Assembly: GCA_036172245.1 (NCBI GenBank)
Contig: JAYWIR010000004.1
Span: forward strand, 1,116,001 to 1,180,000
Length of the DNA: 64,000 nt
Reading direction: 5' to 3'
Source: Raillietiella orientalis
Taxonomy: Eukaryota
Of this stretch, positions 1 through 14,148 are shown in pieces. A program made the translations under genes and the position numbers. Within the stretch, counting starts at the first letter, position 1. Every line of letters starts with the position of its first letter. The notes below the pieces were generated by a model. That model was not told the DNA's origin, did not search any database, and was given only the letters and a program-made list of their open reading frames with translations.

Positions 1-561
1 TGGTTCTGCAGCAGAGAGTCGAGCTATGCTTTATCTTTGTCCGCAGCAACTTTACACGTAGGTGGAAGGTCACACCTGAGGAGCATCTTCTCTCCCTCCA
101 CATAGCGTACTGCGCACCGAACACATCCCTGTTTGAGTTCCATGAATTTGCGAAATGTCGGAAGATGTCTCCGCTTATGCGTCACGCACAACCGATGGAC
201 GCTGCTTCAGCAGCACCAGGAAGCGTCTCAGTGACGATAAGACATCCGCCCTCAGCAACCGTGTGTCACCTGCACTCGGATCGCCGCATCCGAAGCTTCC
301 GTCCCCACGCATCCCTTGACTAAGAGTGCGCTCTCCGGTTGGAACGAAAGAACAGCCACGTGTCGCATTTGTCCAGAAAGACCTTTGCGGGCGTTCCGCG
401 CTGGCGTTTTGCATCGACAAGCGCTTTCTTTCGCTCTCATGACAGTGTGTCCAGTTACTCTCTGGCCGCCTGTCACCTTGAAAAAGTCTCCAGAATTGAC
501 AGAAAGCGCGTGATGAATAGGTTGTCGGGGCTTTCTTCCTGCAACACGGGACGTTTTTCAG

Positions 562-2576
562 GAGACTGGATGAGCGCATGCAACTTGACCTCCAACCCTT
601 GCTTCAACGACGGTTTCATCAATCAGTACTGTCAGTGCACCTGTAAACCCACATATGGAGGAAGAGTATGCAAGGAACCCATTCAGCCCATCGGTAAGCA
701 TTGGGAAGTTGTGCACCCTGGTTTTCTATTTCCTCCTCGTCATTCGGTGTTGGCACCGGAGTCCGACGCTCAGACCTCGCGCATTTTGCAATCCTCTTGG
801 CGCTCTCACGTGGCGCGATCTACGATCACTTGTCGATGATGCGATCCGAGGATTCTCAAGCAGTTCATTCGACGAGCCAGAGAACTCGCTGCGAATACGT
901 GGACGTCACCCAGATGACATCTGCAGGGCCTCTTGTTTTTCTTTCTCCCTGGGCACCGACGGACGCTCTCCGTCTTCGCAAAACACCTCAAGCTTGTCTT
1001 CGAAGGTTTCGAGAGCGGAAGACCCCAAGGAGGACACGGAATGTCTCGTTCCCCTTCAGTCCGCGATCTCCCACCCCTCGCAGTTGGCTCTCTGTGAGGC
1101 ACGAGACTCCTATTCCCAAAGAGCAGGAGCGATTTGCTCAGGAGGGAAGAGGGCCACACGGAGACGCAGCCCAGCACCTGGAGCAGCTCGCGCTCTCGAA
1201 CGTGTCGAAGGACGTCAGCATCAGCAGTTCGAGTGCCCCACATCGAGCGCTTCTTCCGAGGGAACACTGCCGCGGTTCGGAGCACGCGCGATTCTCACGG
1301 CCTTCTGGTGCTGTGCGCCCCCTCCCTCCAACGGAATCACTCGCGTCTTCTGAGAGCTCCAGAAGTCAGCCGGCCTCTGGCCTGCTGCGGTTCCCTCGAT
1401 CTTCTACCATGGCGAGCGCATTCGATTCTCGAGAATGGAACGGATCGCTCTGATTGCCGATTTTCGTTCTCTCTAAGGATTGGTTGCTGGGATGGCCATC
1501 GATTCCTGTTGCGGGATGCCGATCGAAACCCGCACTCCTCAGGAGCTGTGCATCAGCGACCGATGAGCTGCTTCTTCGCAGACTAGCATGGTCTCCCCAA
1601 CCTGCGAAGAACTTTGCTCCCGGATCACTTCGTGCCTTAATGGGTCGCTCCACAATTCCCAACGTGAAAAACCAAACAGGAAGGAACCTCCGAAAACAGG
1701 AGACAAGCTGCTCGTGTGCCCTTTGAGAGGACATCTTGGCACAGCCCCCCGAACAGCCGCGTACCTACGAGCACCGACAGAACGATTTCCGTCTGATGGT
1801 CTCGAGAACTCAACCGTAGGAGCAGCCAAGAAATTTACGATCAGGTGCTGAGGTTCTCAACTGGGCGATGCTTTGCTGCGACCTCCTGCCAGATCGCTCC
1901 ATCGAATTACGAGGAACGGGTTTCCGGCTTCCAGATCGAGTTTGCGATTCGGTTCTTGATTGTTCCCGTTGCATCAGGCCACCTCCAGCCTCTTACGTTT
2001 GCATGGTCTTCTTGAGGCACGCTCGTTTGCTTTAGCGTTTCAGAAATCTGCAAGAACCACTTAGACGAAACTCCTCCATCAATATGTCCACAGCCAGTTG
2101 CCATGGATCGAAACCGGTAGCGACAAGAGTTGATGCACATTTCTTCTGTCCATAGGGATGACTGCCAGCATTTGCGGAGGCAACGTCACACAAGAGGGAA
2201 CCATAGGTACACCTCAGTTGCCGAAAAGCAGAACTTGCATCTGGGTAATAACTGCACCCAAAAACAGAAGCGTGAAACTCGTCTTCACAACGGTCGATCT
2301 CGCAGATAGTGATTGCTTTTACGAGGCGATTGTTGTGAATCACAAAAACATCTACAATGGACCTGCGTGAGTAGTTCCGTTCCGCCGCAGGCTTCCAGCA
2401 TCTGCATTATCTTCTTGAATAGATTCTGCACCGCTGATCAGCTGCCCCCAGGAAGCGAGTTTGTTTCTCGGGATGAACAAATGGTGGTTATATGGAAAAA
2501 TGCGGGATTCTCCCAATCAAAAGTCGAAGCAGTCATCAGCTTCGTCCCTCGGCAAATTCCCGTGCATGCGAAATGA
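562..2576 (+). CDS. Astacin-family metalloprotease, 3' part (EGF exon 562-693; CUB exons 2156-2366 and 2423-2576); 5' exons lie upstream of the window
   Basis: AG/GT-bounded exons encode an EGF-like segment (ACNLTSNPCFNDGFINQYCQCTCKPTYGGRVC) and a CUB domain (ICGGNVTQEG...CIWVITAP...VKLVF...FCTADQLP). Direct paralog of the exons at 40255-42173, which follow an astacin catalytic domain. Confidence 0.85.
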
Positions 2577-4744
2577 ATGGTCCCTACCTCTGGATTTTGG
2601 CCTCTTTTATGTTCATAAATTGGGAACTTTGGTTTCCAATTTATGACAAATTTCTTTTGTTCGCTTCTTGGAGAATTGTTTTTGAGCTTTTGCCTGACAT
2701 CCATCAGCCATTCCGAATGTTTTGCTTGTCATCGTTGAGAGCTGCTAGGCGCTCATCATAGGATCTCCATCTTCATTCTCCGACCCGAGTGCTTCCAAAC
2801 CGCGGTATGCATCCAAGTGTGGTGGCGCAAAGAAGAAAAAAAACATAGTAAACGCCTGCGAAATGAAGCTTCAGCGCTACAGTATATTTGAATAAGAAAA
2901 AAGCTTGTTTTCTCAAAGATTTCTCAAAGATGCTCGGGAAGGGCGCTGTCGATCGCTGGATGGCAGGAAAATATTCGATAAATGGGTAGGCATAACTTGC
3001 AGCAAGCAGGTTCTTTTCACCCTCCATGAATAAATTGCTTGGTCAACTCTCGGAGCCTCCGATTAAGCTGCGCTACGGCAACGGAAGGAGCTTCAGACAC
3101 TCTCTTCCCCTAAAGCCGGAAACCTCCGCTCCAAAGTCCACAGTCGTAAGGTCCGCAGGCAATCTTTGAAGCAAGTGACGGAACTTTCAGCAGGCGCTAT
3201 CAGACATCATTTGATGCAATCATTTGACCCACTACACCATTTTCAACCAGGATGCTGGTCGACCTTTAGAAACCAAGAGCTCTCCTGCTTGAAAACCCAC
3301 CCGAGGTCAAAGAAATCCTCCCACAGTCACTCAACTCCTCCTGCAGACACCATTAACATCCCACTTTACTGACGAAGGGAGATTACTTTTAAGCGTAGTT
3401 TCACGTTTTCAGCAATTGCCAACGTCCACCATGCACGATCGCTAGTATTGGTAATGGCGGTCGAAGCGGCACCAGTTGGAGGCTGGGAACTCACGTGAGC
3501 AATGCAACTGGTGATCTCGCACCATCTGACCAGCTCACTATTGTCCTTGTACCCCCATCAAAAGCGGCAGACGAAGGCAGTAATGATCCATGAATCCTCT
3601 CTCGCCTATTCATGACGCCTCGAGGTTGTTCTCGCATGTGTCGAAGTCTACCAGACGTCTTCACTTCCGTACACATGGCTGGGGCGTCTGCTGCGGGGCT
3701 GAATCTGGCATCTGCGAAAAGACAGTAAGTTTGCTATGCCTGATTTTGAGTATCCTCATTTTTCTAGAATTCTCGTCGAATAGCGTAATGTCAGAAAATG
3801 AGGCTTGTGCCCTGTGACCCACCAGCCTTAAAAGATGCGGAATTTCTTGGCAACCTAATCGGATGCCCTGATCTGTAAACACAATGGCCATCTGGAGTTT
3901 GGGAGCCTTTCTTTTACATTTTTCATTCCTGATAATTAGTTAAAAGAATATTTTCCTTGTCTCGGTGTCGATATTCACCCGTAATAACACCCGTCTTCCA
4001 TTTGACACCATCTGTACAGGTTTGTCGCATGAGATTCATTGTAGCATTTTAGCAATTCAGTATTAAATGAAGAAAACGAATAAAAGAATCAGGTCCTTTT
4101 TCTTTTTCATGCAGTGGAAGTGGAATAGTTTTTTTTTTTGTTTGCTGTTTTGCGTATTCCTGACAACCATAATAACGTTATGGGGGCATTTTTATTGCCG
4201 AGACCGATGTCGATTTGGATTTACTAATTACAGTAGTTGTTTTCGATGACACTGTTGGGTGAACATTGGAAGGAAGTAAACGGGGGATTTTTACTTCCCT
4301 TTTATCAAAATATTTTTAGCCACTAATACAGAAATACACCGAGGTGAAAACTTCTACCGCGCATGGTATCCCCAGCTCCTTGTTTTGCGTTCCATTTCCT
4401 GGATGGTCATCACACGAGATTTTGCAAGGATTTCAAGGATTTTGCAATTGGTCATTACGTTCGAACTGGGCTATTTTGTGAAACAGTTCTTCTCAGTTTG
4501 CTGAATGCCGTTTATCAATGCTTACGTCCATTCAAAGTACGAATACGTGAATCGAGAATACCTGAATTCTTCATACACCCGTTGAATTCATATCGCGTAC
4601 TTCCCTGAGAACAATCGGCATTCTTTGATTTCATGACCGATTCATGTACGCATGTTTTCGATTCCACATGTTCTGCTCAAGGTGTCCTTGTCTTGCTTGT
4701 ACACTTTCATACAACCTCGAATCTTTATTGTTTCACCTATTCCG

Positions 4745-6838
4745 TTATTGACGGGATTCAGTTTTAAGCTGTCGAGAAGGCATCCAGGATTTCCTCCTGC
4801 TAGAAGATTTCGCATTCCGACCCAGCAGAGCGGCTCGACTGTAGATATCATGCGTGGTGAATGGAGAGCTGCCAGCTACATAATCTGCATCTAACGGATT
4901 CAGCTTGCTTAGCGCCAGTTTGGATAGACGTTGTTGAGGAACTGGTTGATCTTCACAAAGGATGGGATTCACAGCGTGCTTTCCACCACGGGGAGTTGGC
5001 AGAGAGAACTGAACACCATGAGCACATTGCATACGGCATACTCACTCTTGTGCCACGCAAATTCAGCTTTTTATGAAAGGGAATATGGATTTGCAGCTGA
5101 CCCTGTTCATCACGTCGAACAGCCACCCGTTTCAGTGTACTGTTCCCACAGCGTTTGCAGAATTTCCGATCCATTTGAGAAGTCATTTGGAAGCAAGCAA
5201 CACAGCGCAAGAGAAATGTACGACACTCACGAATAACTTGACTTTCTGCACCTATAATTTTCACATTTAGTCTTAAAAGAACATTCTGAAATGCAAATCC
5301 CCTTCGCTCAACTACTACCCATGTGCTAGCCTACCTGCATTGCAAAGTCTGTTGTGATGCACCCTACAGTACATGTATCTAGAGTTTCTACAGGTGTATT
5401 CAGAACTTCATTGAGGTTGTCTGGGGTAATCCAACTTTCATCATCATCATCACATTCTTCAACAGCAAGAGTCTCCAGCTTGGGTTCTATGCCATCAGTA
5501 GAAGGTTCAATCTACAATATATATTAATACAGCACATTCCCAAAGTAAAAAGCCTACATCATCATCTACTGGCTGATAGAACCCCCTCACACAATGCGGA
5601 TTATCTTTCAGTTCCTTGGTGCTCAGCATGGAAACCTGTCCACGCGATTCTTCCGGAACTTCTTCCAAAGGAGCAAACTCTTTTTTGATGTCGTAAGTGA
5701 CCGCTAATACTTTCAGATCCGTAGCAGAGAGTTCTGGATAGTCTCCTGTTTTCTTCGCCAGTTCCGTTACTATCACAAAAAAAGCATTACAGTTCACCGA
5801 TCACAATCCTATTCCCATCTTTGACATGCAATAAGCTATACTGTAAACCATGGTCATCACTTTCAATTTCTCAAGAGACTGGTTTGCCACTTGTTTCCAG
5901 CTTTTCGAACTTCTCGATATGCGTAGTATCAGTGCCAACATATCTGGTCTCCAAATTTTTATGAGAAATCTTGGAATGATGGGAAACCCATCATTTGTAG
6001 ATTTGGAACAAGGGAGGCATTTTCAAAAGAATACTTAGCAGCCTTTCGTCAACGCATACCGCAACCTTTCAACAAAAATGAACAGCACAAGCATCTCATG
6101 AATGCTAACATCCACAAGACCAGAACAGTGAAGTCATCAAGCATTCAATAATTGAAAATAGACACATGAGTGCCATCCAAGGTGCACATTTGATCCTCCT
6201 AACGTAAAAATCAGAAATTCTCACTGACTGTGGACTCCTCATAAGCAAAAACTCTGGACTCCACATAAGGAAGAAAGAGGTCACATTGTGACATCCAAAA
6301 CAGGGAAAATCCGAGACATAAACACATCAAAAATAGGCTACAACTAACACGAACTGCATAAACCCCAGTCACATTTTATACCATAATCCTTCTTGACACA
6401 ATGTCTTACCACTAACCTCTCTAATAAGGGTGCTCTTGTTTGGCATCAGCAAGCTTGAATACTATCGACGACACACGCTCGACTAAAGTTATGATCATGT
6501 GATCCATTCTTACAACGAGTCCTCATAACCAATCCCTCGTGAGCGGTGAAATTATATGCTTACCAAACTTAAGGCCTTCAACGGAAGGGTCTCTGAAGTG
6601 AAGTTCAAATGGTAACATTTTCAACTTCTCACGAGCTTGTTTGTCTCGAATTTCCTTCACGACTTCTTTACATGTGTAAACGCTATGTGCAAGCTCCTAC
6701 ACGTAGTAAAAAACAACAAATTCCGTAACAAATTCAAACAACCTCACAAACCTGAAGAGGCAGAAGTTTGATAAAACCACTGGAGTCAACTATTAGGTGC
6801 TGCACTTTGGGTGACCGCATTTTGAATTCTTCCAGCAT
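4745..6838 (-). CDS. NOB1: NOB1, 20S pre-rRNA D-site PIN endonuclease (about 6 exons)
   Basis: Spliced minus-strand exons give VQHLIVDSSGFIK (PIN start), AKKTGDYPELSATDLKVLAVTY, DDDDESWITPDNL, GCITTDFAMQ, the zinc ribbon LRCVACF...FCKRCGNSTLKRV and FSLPTPRGGKHAVNPILCEDQ. These are all hallmark NOB1 motifs. Confidence 0.95.
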
Positions 6839-9800
6839 ATCAAACCGCTCACAGCTCCAAACTTATTACCAAGAAACTGCTTGGAGCTCAATGCATTCAA
6901 AAATTCATAACCATCGATTACGACTCAAAAAAATGATTCCAATCCCTATCCAAAACACTAATCCACAACCAAACTTCAATCCAAAGCTCTGGATCCGAGC
7001 TGGCCACAGTCACACATTTTCGAAACACAGCTTGGAGGAGAATCCTTTAAAGTTGCTACAACACGCAAAACATACGCGGAAGACCAGTTCAGGTTGCTGT
7101 AAAAATATGTGCGAAAAACTCCATTTCTCGGATCCGCACGTGCACCATGGAAACTGCCACAGTCTGCCCCGAACGGAGTACCAGGTGCGTTTTCTTAGCG
7201 CTCCACTGCAAACGCTTCAGTGACTAGGACTGCGCAAGGGTGTAGGCTTGCTTCCAGCGTCCTCACCCTTTGATTCCGGTGCCAGTTTCGTTGACACGAA
7301 GGGATTTAACGCCGAATGTCACTTCCAGCAACATGGATTTTTGTCAGTGGGAAGAGAGTCATCGAAAGGAGTACAGCACATGACATCATGCAGAAAGTCT
7401 TGCATTCCATACTCATTTCTTCGTCCTAAAGCGTCAAACACAATATTTAAATGTGACATCAATCCCTCTCGAAGCTTTCGCAGATGTTTTCATTTCTAGT
7501 AGGCCGCGAGTACCATTCAAATGACCATGTTTTGAAATGGCCAATTCATTCATTTCATATGTGCATTCTTCAGCCACAGCGGTGTAACAAGATAGACGGT
7601 GAGATCAAAAAAAAAAAGGAAAACACCTTCGCCAACTCTTTTTGACGCTTGAGGAGTTCATTCCACTGTGAGTCTTCCTTCGCATCCATTTGTCATCTCA
7701 CTTGGTTCCCCAGAAATTTGCAACAACGTGAGATAAAAGGGACCATTTTAAGACGAATACAATATATCGAAGAGTTTCGGAAATTTGTAATCACCACAAA
7801 GAAATTTGTCCGGAAAACAAAATTGATGCTTCTCAAAAGCGCCGTCATTTTTGAAAAACGCATTTTCTTTCGTGTCGCATGGAACACCGACGACAGTTTG
7901 TCTGCAACAAATGCTGGCGATTATTCACAGATGGTCGGTGCATAGGCGTTTACTTCTGTTTCCAAGGGTACGAAAGTGTTCCAGTGAGGATTTCTCTCCA
8001 CTTATTGGTCTAACGTTAAGGAAAAGAAGCTGAAGTCGATGCATGCCGCATGTTGCTTCCCAATTCATAACCAAGACTTCCAGTAGATGGCGTTCTGAAT
8101 TACGTTGATCTTGAATTCCCTTCTCCCTCTTGCTTAGCAATCTGAAGGGGAGAAGTCATCGCAATACAACTGAAAGTTGAGAATCTCAGGGTCATTTCAA
8201 AAGATAAGACACACCGTGTTCGGAAACACAAATTACAACTAAATGCAGGTGGGTTTTTTTTGCTTCAAAATTCATGACTGTTCCTTGATGACTCCTGGAC
8301 ACTTACGGTTTTGCTCACAAAATATCATTCGTTTACGCTGTAGTGTTTCTCTATTTGTTCCGAATTCTGAATTTAAATCAGCAGTCGTCCATTGGATCAG
8401 CTAACCCTTGTAGAGTTTTGGATGATGTTTCCCAAGGTTGCATGAAAGCAGCAATCATTGCAAAAACAGCCGAAAGAACAGCGAGCTGCTCGATATAAGT
8501 ATAGATAGATTGTGTTCCTGCAAAATGTTCGTACCAATCACAGGTGCAACGTTCCTTGATCCTTTGCCTTTTCAAAAAGAAATACATGTTTTTTTTTTTT
8601 TTGTTTAAGCAGGCATCGTTTTGATAGAGCCCCACAGAGTGACTCATATTCGTCTATCTTTCAATATCGGTTCTCTCCCTTCGGTTATTCCCCTCGTGTT
8701 CTCGTTCGGATTGTAGTTTTTTTTGTTTTGTTTTTCATAGTGCCGTTAGTTAATTATCCTATCCTTCCATTTCCCTAGGAAAGGAATACTTGGGCTTTTT
8801 GGATTCGGTTCACAATTTCGATGCTTGCATTTTATTCGCATCTTTCCATCAGTTTCAACTACAATTAACTGCTACGGAGGCTCTGCAATGTCTGCAGTCA
8901 CTTTTGTTACGAAATGATGGATAGCACTGCTCGAAAACTTCCTGCAGTCTTTTCCTGAGTTACGCACCAGAAGGAAACCGTTTCTTCTCGTTTACTGCAA
9001 TCGCAACCAAAGACGGGAGGATAACTTCCCTGTGGAAAGTGTGATCCAAAGTGCAGAATATGGACAAATCAGGGAAGCTCGAATTTGTAGGTTTTCCGTA
9101 TACGTTTGCATTGTCTGAACAGTATGTGCCTGCAGGCATGAAGAATGAACTTGGGCTGCCGCGGTAATTTAGTCGGGAGCCAGCATTTAAACGTTCAGAA
9201 GAATATCCAAACGAGCATTTTCAGTACACAGTTGTACAATTCGGCGTGGGCATGCCCCAGTCATATGAAGACTTTCAGCACCCTAAAACAAGGGCTTGTG
9301 ATGGGTTACGATACGACACCAAAAGGTGTCTGCTAAAGACAGACTGCGTCCAAGTGGTAAGATGGAGAAACCCCAATTTTTACCAATTTTTTTTTGCATC
9401 TTAACGTAATTTGAAAAGACTTGGAAGCAGGAACTTTGTTTGAGGAGGTCGATCATTTCCCATAGTTTACATGGCTTCAATGAATAATTTTGTTACCAGG
9501 AAAAGAAAACACCAAAGCAATGCTTAAAGGAACGCCATCCTTCGGTTCCCAAAGAATGCTATGCCCTATATAATACTTTCTATCTATGCAAGCGGTCCTT
9601 GGTAGGTGAGAAGATTCTGTGATGCTGAAACTTCTTTTTCAGCTTGATAACCGTCAGCGATTTCGAGGTCGAGTTGGGTATTAATGTTCAGAAAGCAGAA
9701 ACAGGAATCGAAAAACGTACTGTTTGACTTGAGGGAGACCATCTTCATTTGTAACTGTTTGTTGTGTGATCACATTGTTCCCTGCAATAAAAGACTTCAG

Positions 9801-10748
9801 CAACCTGTAGAAGCACTGTTGATTAGCCCACATATTCTCTTATGGTCCCTAAGAACAAGACTAACCAAATAGGACCAACTCTTATCTGCATGCTGTGCAC
9901 CGATGTTGTTGTGTGGCAACTTAAATTATGGCAATGTAATGCCCAGTTTGAATGATGTTACTACCAGACAATTGCTGGTTTCCAATACCTTCGCTTTCAA
10001 AAATTTCGAATGACAAGAAAGCAAGAATTACAGGAACCAGCAGGAATTACAGCACCAAAAGGAACGCTTGAAGGAACAGCATCCAGCCGTTGCAACAAAA
10101 TTCTGAGCTTCCTGCAACATTTTTTACAAATGCAAACAATCTTTGATGTAGGATATTTTCCACAGCTGAAACTTCATCCTCATTGCTTAGCTTCATGGCT
10201 GACAGCAACTTGGAGATACAATTGCCTATTAACACTTCAAAGGGAGTCTAATAAGTGAACAGAAATGAGTTAGCAATTCATTACGGAAATCTCTTTTACT
10301 TTTCGGTATTGACTGAAGTGGACTGAAAGACAGAGAGGAAGCAGACATCAAGTTGGCAACGTACTGTCCAAGTATTTGATTCTCTGACTTGAGTTTCAGA
10401 TTTTCTTTTCTTACATTATGTACTTTCTGGGAGAAATCTGCAAAAGAGCAGTTTGAAAGGATAGAAATGGATACATTTGAACAAGACTATCCAAAGTTTT
10501 CTAGAACTCCAGTACTTATGAAATGAAGCGCACCTTCTCTTCATTTTCATCAGCACTGATGTCTTGATCTGCATCTAACAAGTAAACCACAAATGTACGT
10601 GATTATTATGTGACGACGTCGAAATTCTTCCAAATTCTGGATATGTCATGTTTGAGCTGGAAAGTGAACCAGCTAATGAAAGTTTTTTCCTTGCACTCCC
10701 CCATTAGCTCTGTCCAGCAGTAGAGTTGATAGCGGTGACTTCTCCTCA

Positions 10749-11606
10749 TTGGAAGAAAGAGAGGAGTTCTTGGAACTGCAAAGTAGTCTGAGTGGCATTA
10801 GTCTTGCAACCATCCAGCTGCCAGCTGTGCAAACTAGTCACCAGAAAGCAAAGAAAATTTCTAGAGTCCCTGAGAGATTATTTAAAATTTTATTTCTTGG
10901 GGACTCAGGGGCTGGCAAAAGTTGTTTGTTGTATAGGTAACATTCTGGGATGCAGAATTTTGTAATTGAATTTGCTTTCCAGATTCTGTGATCAGGAATT
11001 TCCTGATCTGGGTATCAGATCCACGGTTGGAATGGATGTGCAAGTGCATCAGGTAGAAATAGATGGCCATACCACTTGTCTGCAGTTTTGGGACACTGCA
11101 GGTCAAGAATCCTTTCCCAGCATCACACAGCAGTAGTTTCAAAGAGTTGACGGAGTCTTCATTGTATTTGATCTGACAGATGAATCAACTTTCCGCAGTT
11201 CAAGGCATTGGATGAACTGCATCAAAGTAATAAGTTAAACTTACAATGATAAACAATAACTTCATTGACAGGAACAAGCTCCCAAAGCTGTTGTTATGCT
11301 TGTAGGAAATAAGCTGGATCTGGTTCGCACTGCCCGTTTTGTGCTCAAACAAGAAGTAGGAACACATCTTGCAGAGGTGATGTTTTTGAGATTATTTCCC
11401 GACTTCCGTAACTACTTTATTTCTTACAGGTGGAAGGAGCTTTGTATGCCGAAACAAGTGCCAAAACTGGGGAAGGTGTGAAACATGCCTTGAGAGATTT
11501 TGTGTGTGCCTTATGGAGCTGGCAAGATAAAGAACTCGAAACTGGAAGTGTAATTCAGCTACAGTCTCCACCTTTCACTCCCTATTACAACTGCTGTAAA
11601 TCCTGA
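10749..11606 (+). pseudogene. Rab GTPase domain of the large EF-hand/Rab type (Rab44/CRACR2A/RASEF-like) with an in-frame stop
   Basis: Spliced exons give RLFKILFLGDSGAGKS, STVGMD, WDTAGQES, VGNKLD, ETSAK and a C-terminal CCKS*. An in-frame TAG at 11134-11136 falls in ITQQ*FQRVDG. Upstream 8.9-10.7 kb shows no intact ORF. Confidence 0.75.
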
Positions 11607-13880
11607 CAGCTATATGCATCCAGACAAAATGCTTAAGAAACATAATGTGGTGCCCAAATATACAAGTTTTTAACGAAAAAGAGAATGACTTTGCTTTACA
11701 GTCGTAGCAGGTTGTTTATATCAACGCTAATGTGAATAATTTATTGTGGCATACGTCCATGTAAATCAAGCAGTTTAAAATACTGAAGACCTTCCATTCG
11801 TTCCATAAACCAGCTCATCAGTTCCTATTGTATAAATGGAAGCATTGGATTTTAAAGCACGTAGACTAATGACAAAAGGTGGACAACGATTACAAAAGAC
11901 AAGAGGGTGAGTCGACTGGAATATCGGTGAACTTTGTTAACGACCGAAAGGGAAAACCTGTGCATAAGGGATGCTAGATACCATCATTAGGGAGGCATGG
12001 ATTGCTTTTTCAGCATTCAGCCGTTTACTCCATATTAACGTGGGTTGGCCGAAAGTATTTCGCTGCTTTTCGAAAAGAAAAAAATGGTACTGCAATGAGC
12101 CTTTCTCATCGGCATGTTATTTCTCATGATCATCAGATTTGGAATGATTGCCAGTGAAGGATGATTTTCGACAACCTTGTCGACAAGGTGGAATGCCTTA
12201 CGATCCAAGGTGCACACACACAACGTGTATCCATAGGTTCCACGCAAACGGACGTGTTTAGGTCTTGGAAGTAGCGAACAACCAAACAAGATGCATACAT
12301 TTTCCGGGGTGTGCAGTGAAACCATCGAGTGGTCCACTGCTCCTACTGAAACCATCCTATATGTGGGTCGTAAGGACGAGAAAAGGTCTTGGCTGCAAAG
12401 ATGGTGTTGGAAAGACCTTTCTTTCCCATCTGTTTCGACCTTGCCTGTTGAGTACCGGCTGGTGAATCGGAAACCGAAGAGTCCTGCAATTTCTATGCAC
12501 TAAGCCAAAGCTTATCACGGTACTTCCGCGACTCGTAGAATACGCGAGACCAACACACGAAAACAATCCGCGGTGAGCCCCACCAGTTGAATCACACTTT
12601 GAATATAACGACAACTCGAAGACCACTCGAAAATCAGACTGCAGATCTGAAGGGGAGAGAGCAATGGCGACCACTTTTGTACGCTAATGAGCCCGTATTT
12701 CTTGCGGGAACCAGTCTGGAGGGTAGTCGTAGCTGCTTTCCTCGTTTTCATTTTTCCAGTGCATGACCACAGGCAGTCGGCAGAAGTTTGCACTGCTATA
12801 CAAAAAGTTTCTGACTTGTTGTGGCATCCTGACTTGCCTTCAGATGAAGTTAACTCTCACAAGTGTTTCTTCTCTCTTTAACGGCTTCGAGCACGAAATG
12901 GACGTGTCGATGTTGTTTATCCCAACGGAACGGGCATTCCAGAAGAAAAAGACGTGTTTCAGTAGGGCACCCTTACGTAAGCGATGACCACCCTGAAAAT
13001 TGCCTTGTCAGATGGCAAACGTGGACACGATATGTGCATCGGAGAGTCGGAATTCGTCGTAGAATAATGGGAACGCTGCTGAGAGAATGTTTTCCGATTC
13101 TCGATGGTAATTTAGGAAAACTCGCAAGGGGTCAGTGCGTTTCTAAAGATTCTGAAACTTCTGTTTCCCTTCCAATGCAATTGTCTTGGAAAGAGTCCTT
13201 TGCTCTTACCTACTTCTGGGCTCGTGATCTCCTAGGCACTAGGAGGTCTTCTAAGAGATTGAAATTAGCTGAACTATTCTGTCCAGAAGAACAACTATCG
13301 TTGGAATCCATCTTACTGATTGCTTCGCACATTCAAGCATGACTTCGGAATAACTGTCGCTGCACGGAACAAAAAGAACTGTGGCCAATGGGTGACGGAG
13401 CGGATGCTGGTATTAGCTTCCTTTAAAAAACGGATCCATCGGAGATCCTATTCCAAACACCCAATTGGCATCCACGCGAATGCAACGGTGATATCCCCAT
13501 GCAACCACAGAAGATTCTTTCCTACATTTTTGATCCGAATCGATAACGCACCACTCTTTGTTTATTACGGATGATATGTTTTGAGGTAAGGGAAGGGAAC
13601 CGTGGATAGAAAGAAGCGAACGAACACAGAAACGAACTCCTCACCAATAAGACCAAACGGACTCTGAAAACAAAAAGGGTTCGCATCTGCACATGGGACT
13701 TGTCGAAACCGTGTCCGGACTTGCTGTTTCTTATTAAGGGTACGAATTCGTGCATATTGGCACCATCGAGATCATGATCGTTCATCGAACTGGAATAATA
13801 CACCGTAGGTGGTAATTTCCAAGAATACTTACCAAACTTCCGCCCTGTCGGGCACATGCAAAAGGTAACCTCCACTTTGT

Positions 13881-14148
13881 TGATCCCTCCCGAAGCGTGA
13901 GAAGAACAGACTCTCTTCTCCGGAGCCCTTACGGATTCATAGGGTGGTTCGCTCGTGGGATGTCCCCTATCTTGAAGAATTACACGCATCTTCGGGTAGT
14001 GTGGAAGCGTGTTAAAGGCTCTGAACCGCCTGGCGCCCGGCGCTTCTTGCGGTACTCGGCGAACCAAAAAAGGAAAACCTGAAAAAAAAAACGCTGGAAG
14101 GAAAGCAGAGAAGACAGTGAAGAGCCCAAAAGGATTTCCATCATCAGA
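13881..14148 (+). mobile_element. Partial (3' body) copy of the hairpin-rich SINE family
   Basis: gatccctcc..aagcgtgaga..gaac.gactc, cccctatc.tgaagaattacacgc, ggtact..gcgaaccaaaaaa and gctggaaggaaa match 46145-46460 and 28290-28545. Confidence 0.8.

Noticed and set aside
2156..2366. Diversity-generating retroelement as the cause of CUB exon variation, given nearby RTs
   Set aside because: Substitutions are not adenine-specific, there is no template repeat, and the RTs are APE-type LINE enzymes.
11900..13500. Possible gene or DNA transposon remnants here and at 47.9-50.4 kb
   Set aside because: No consistent frame, TIRs or motifs could be identified by eye.
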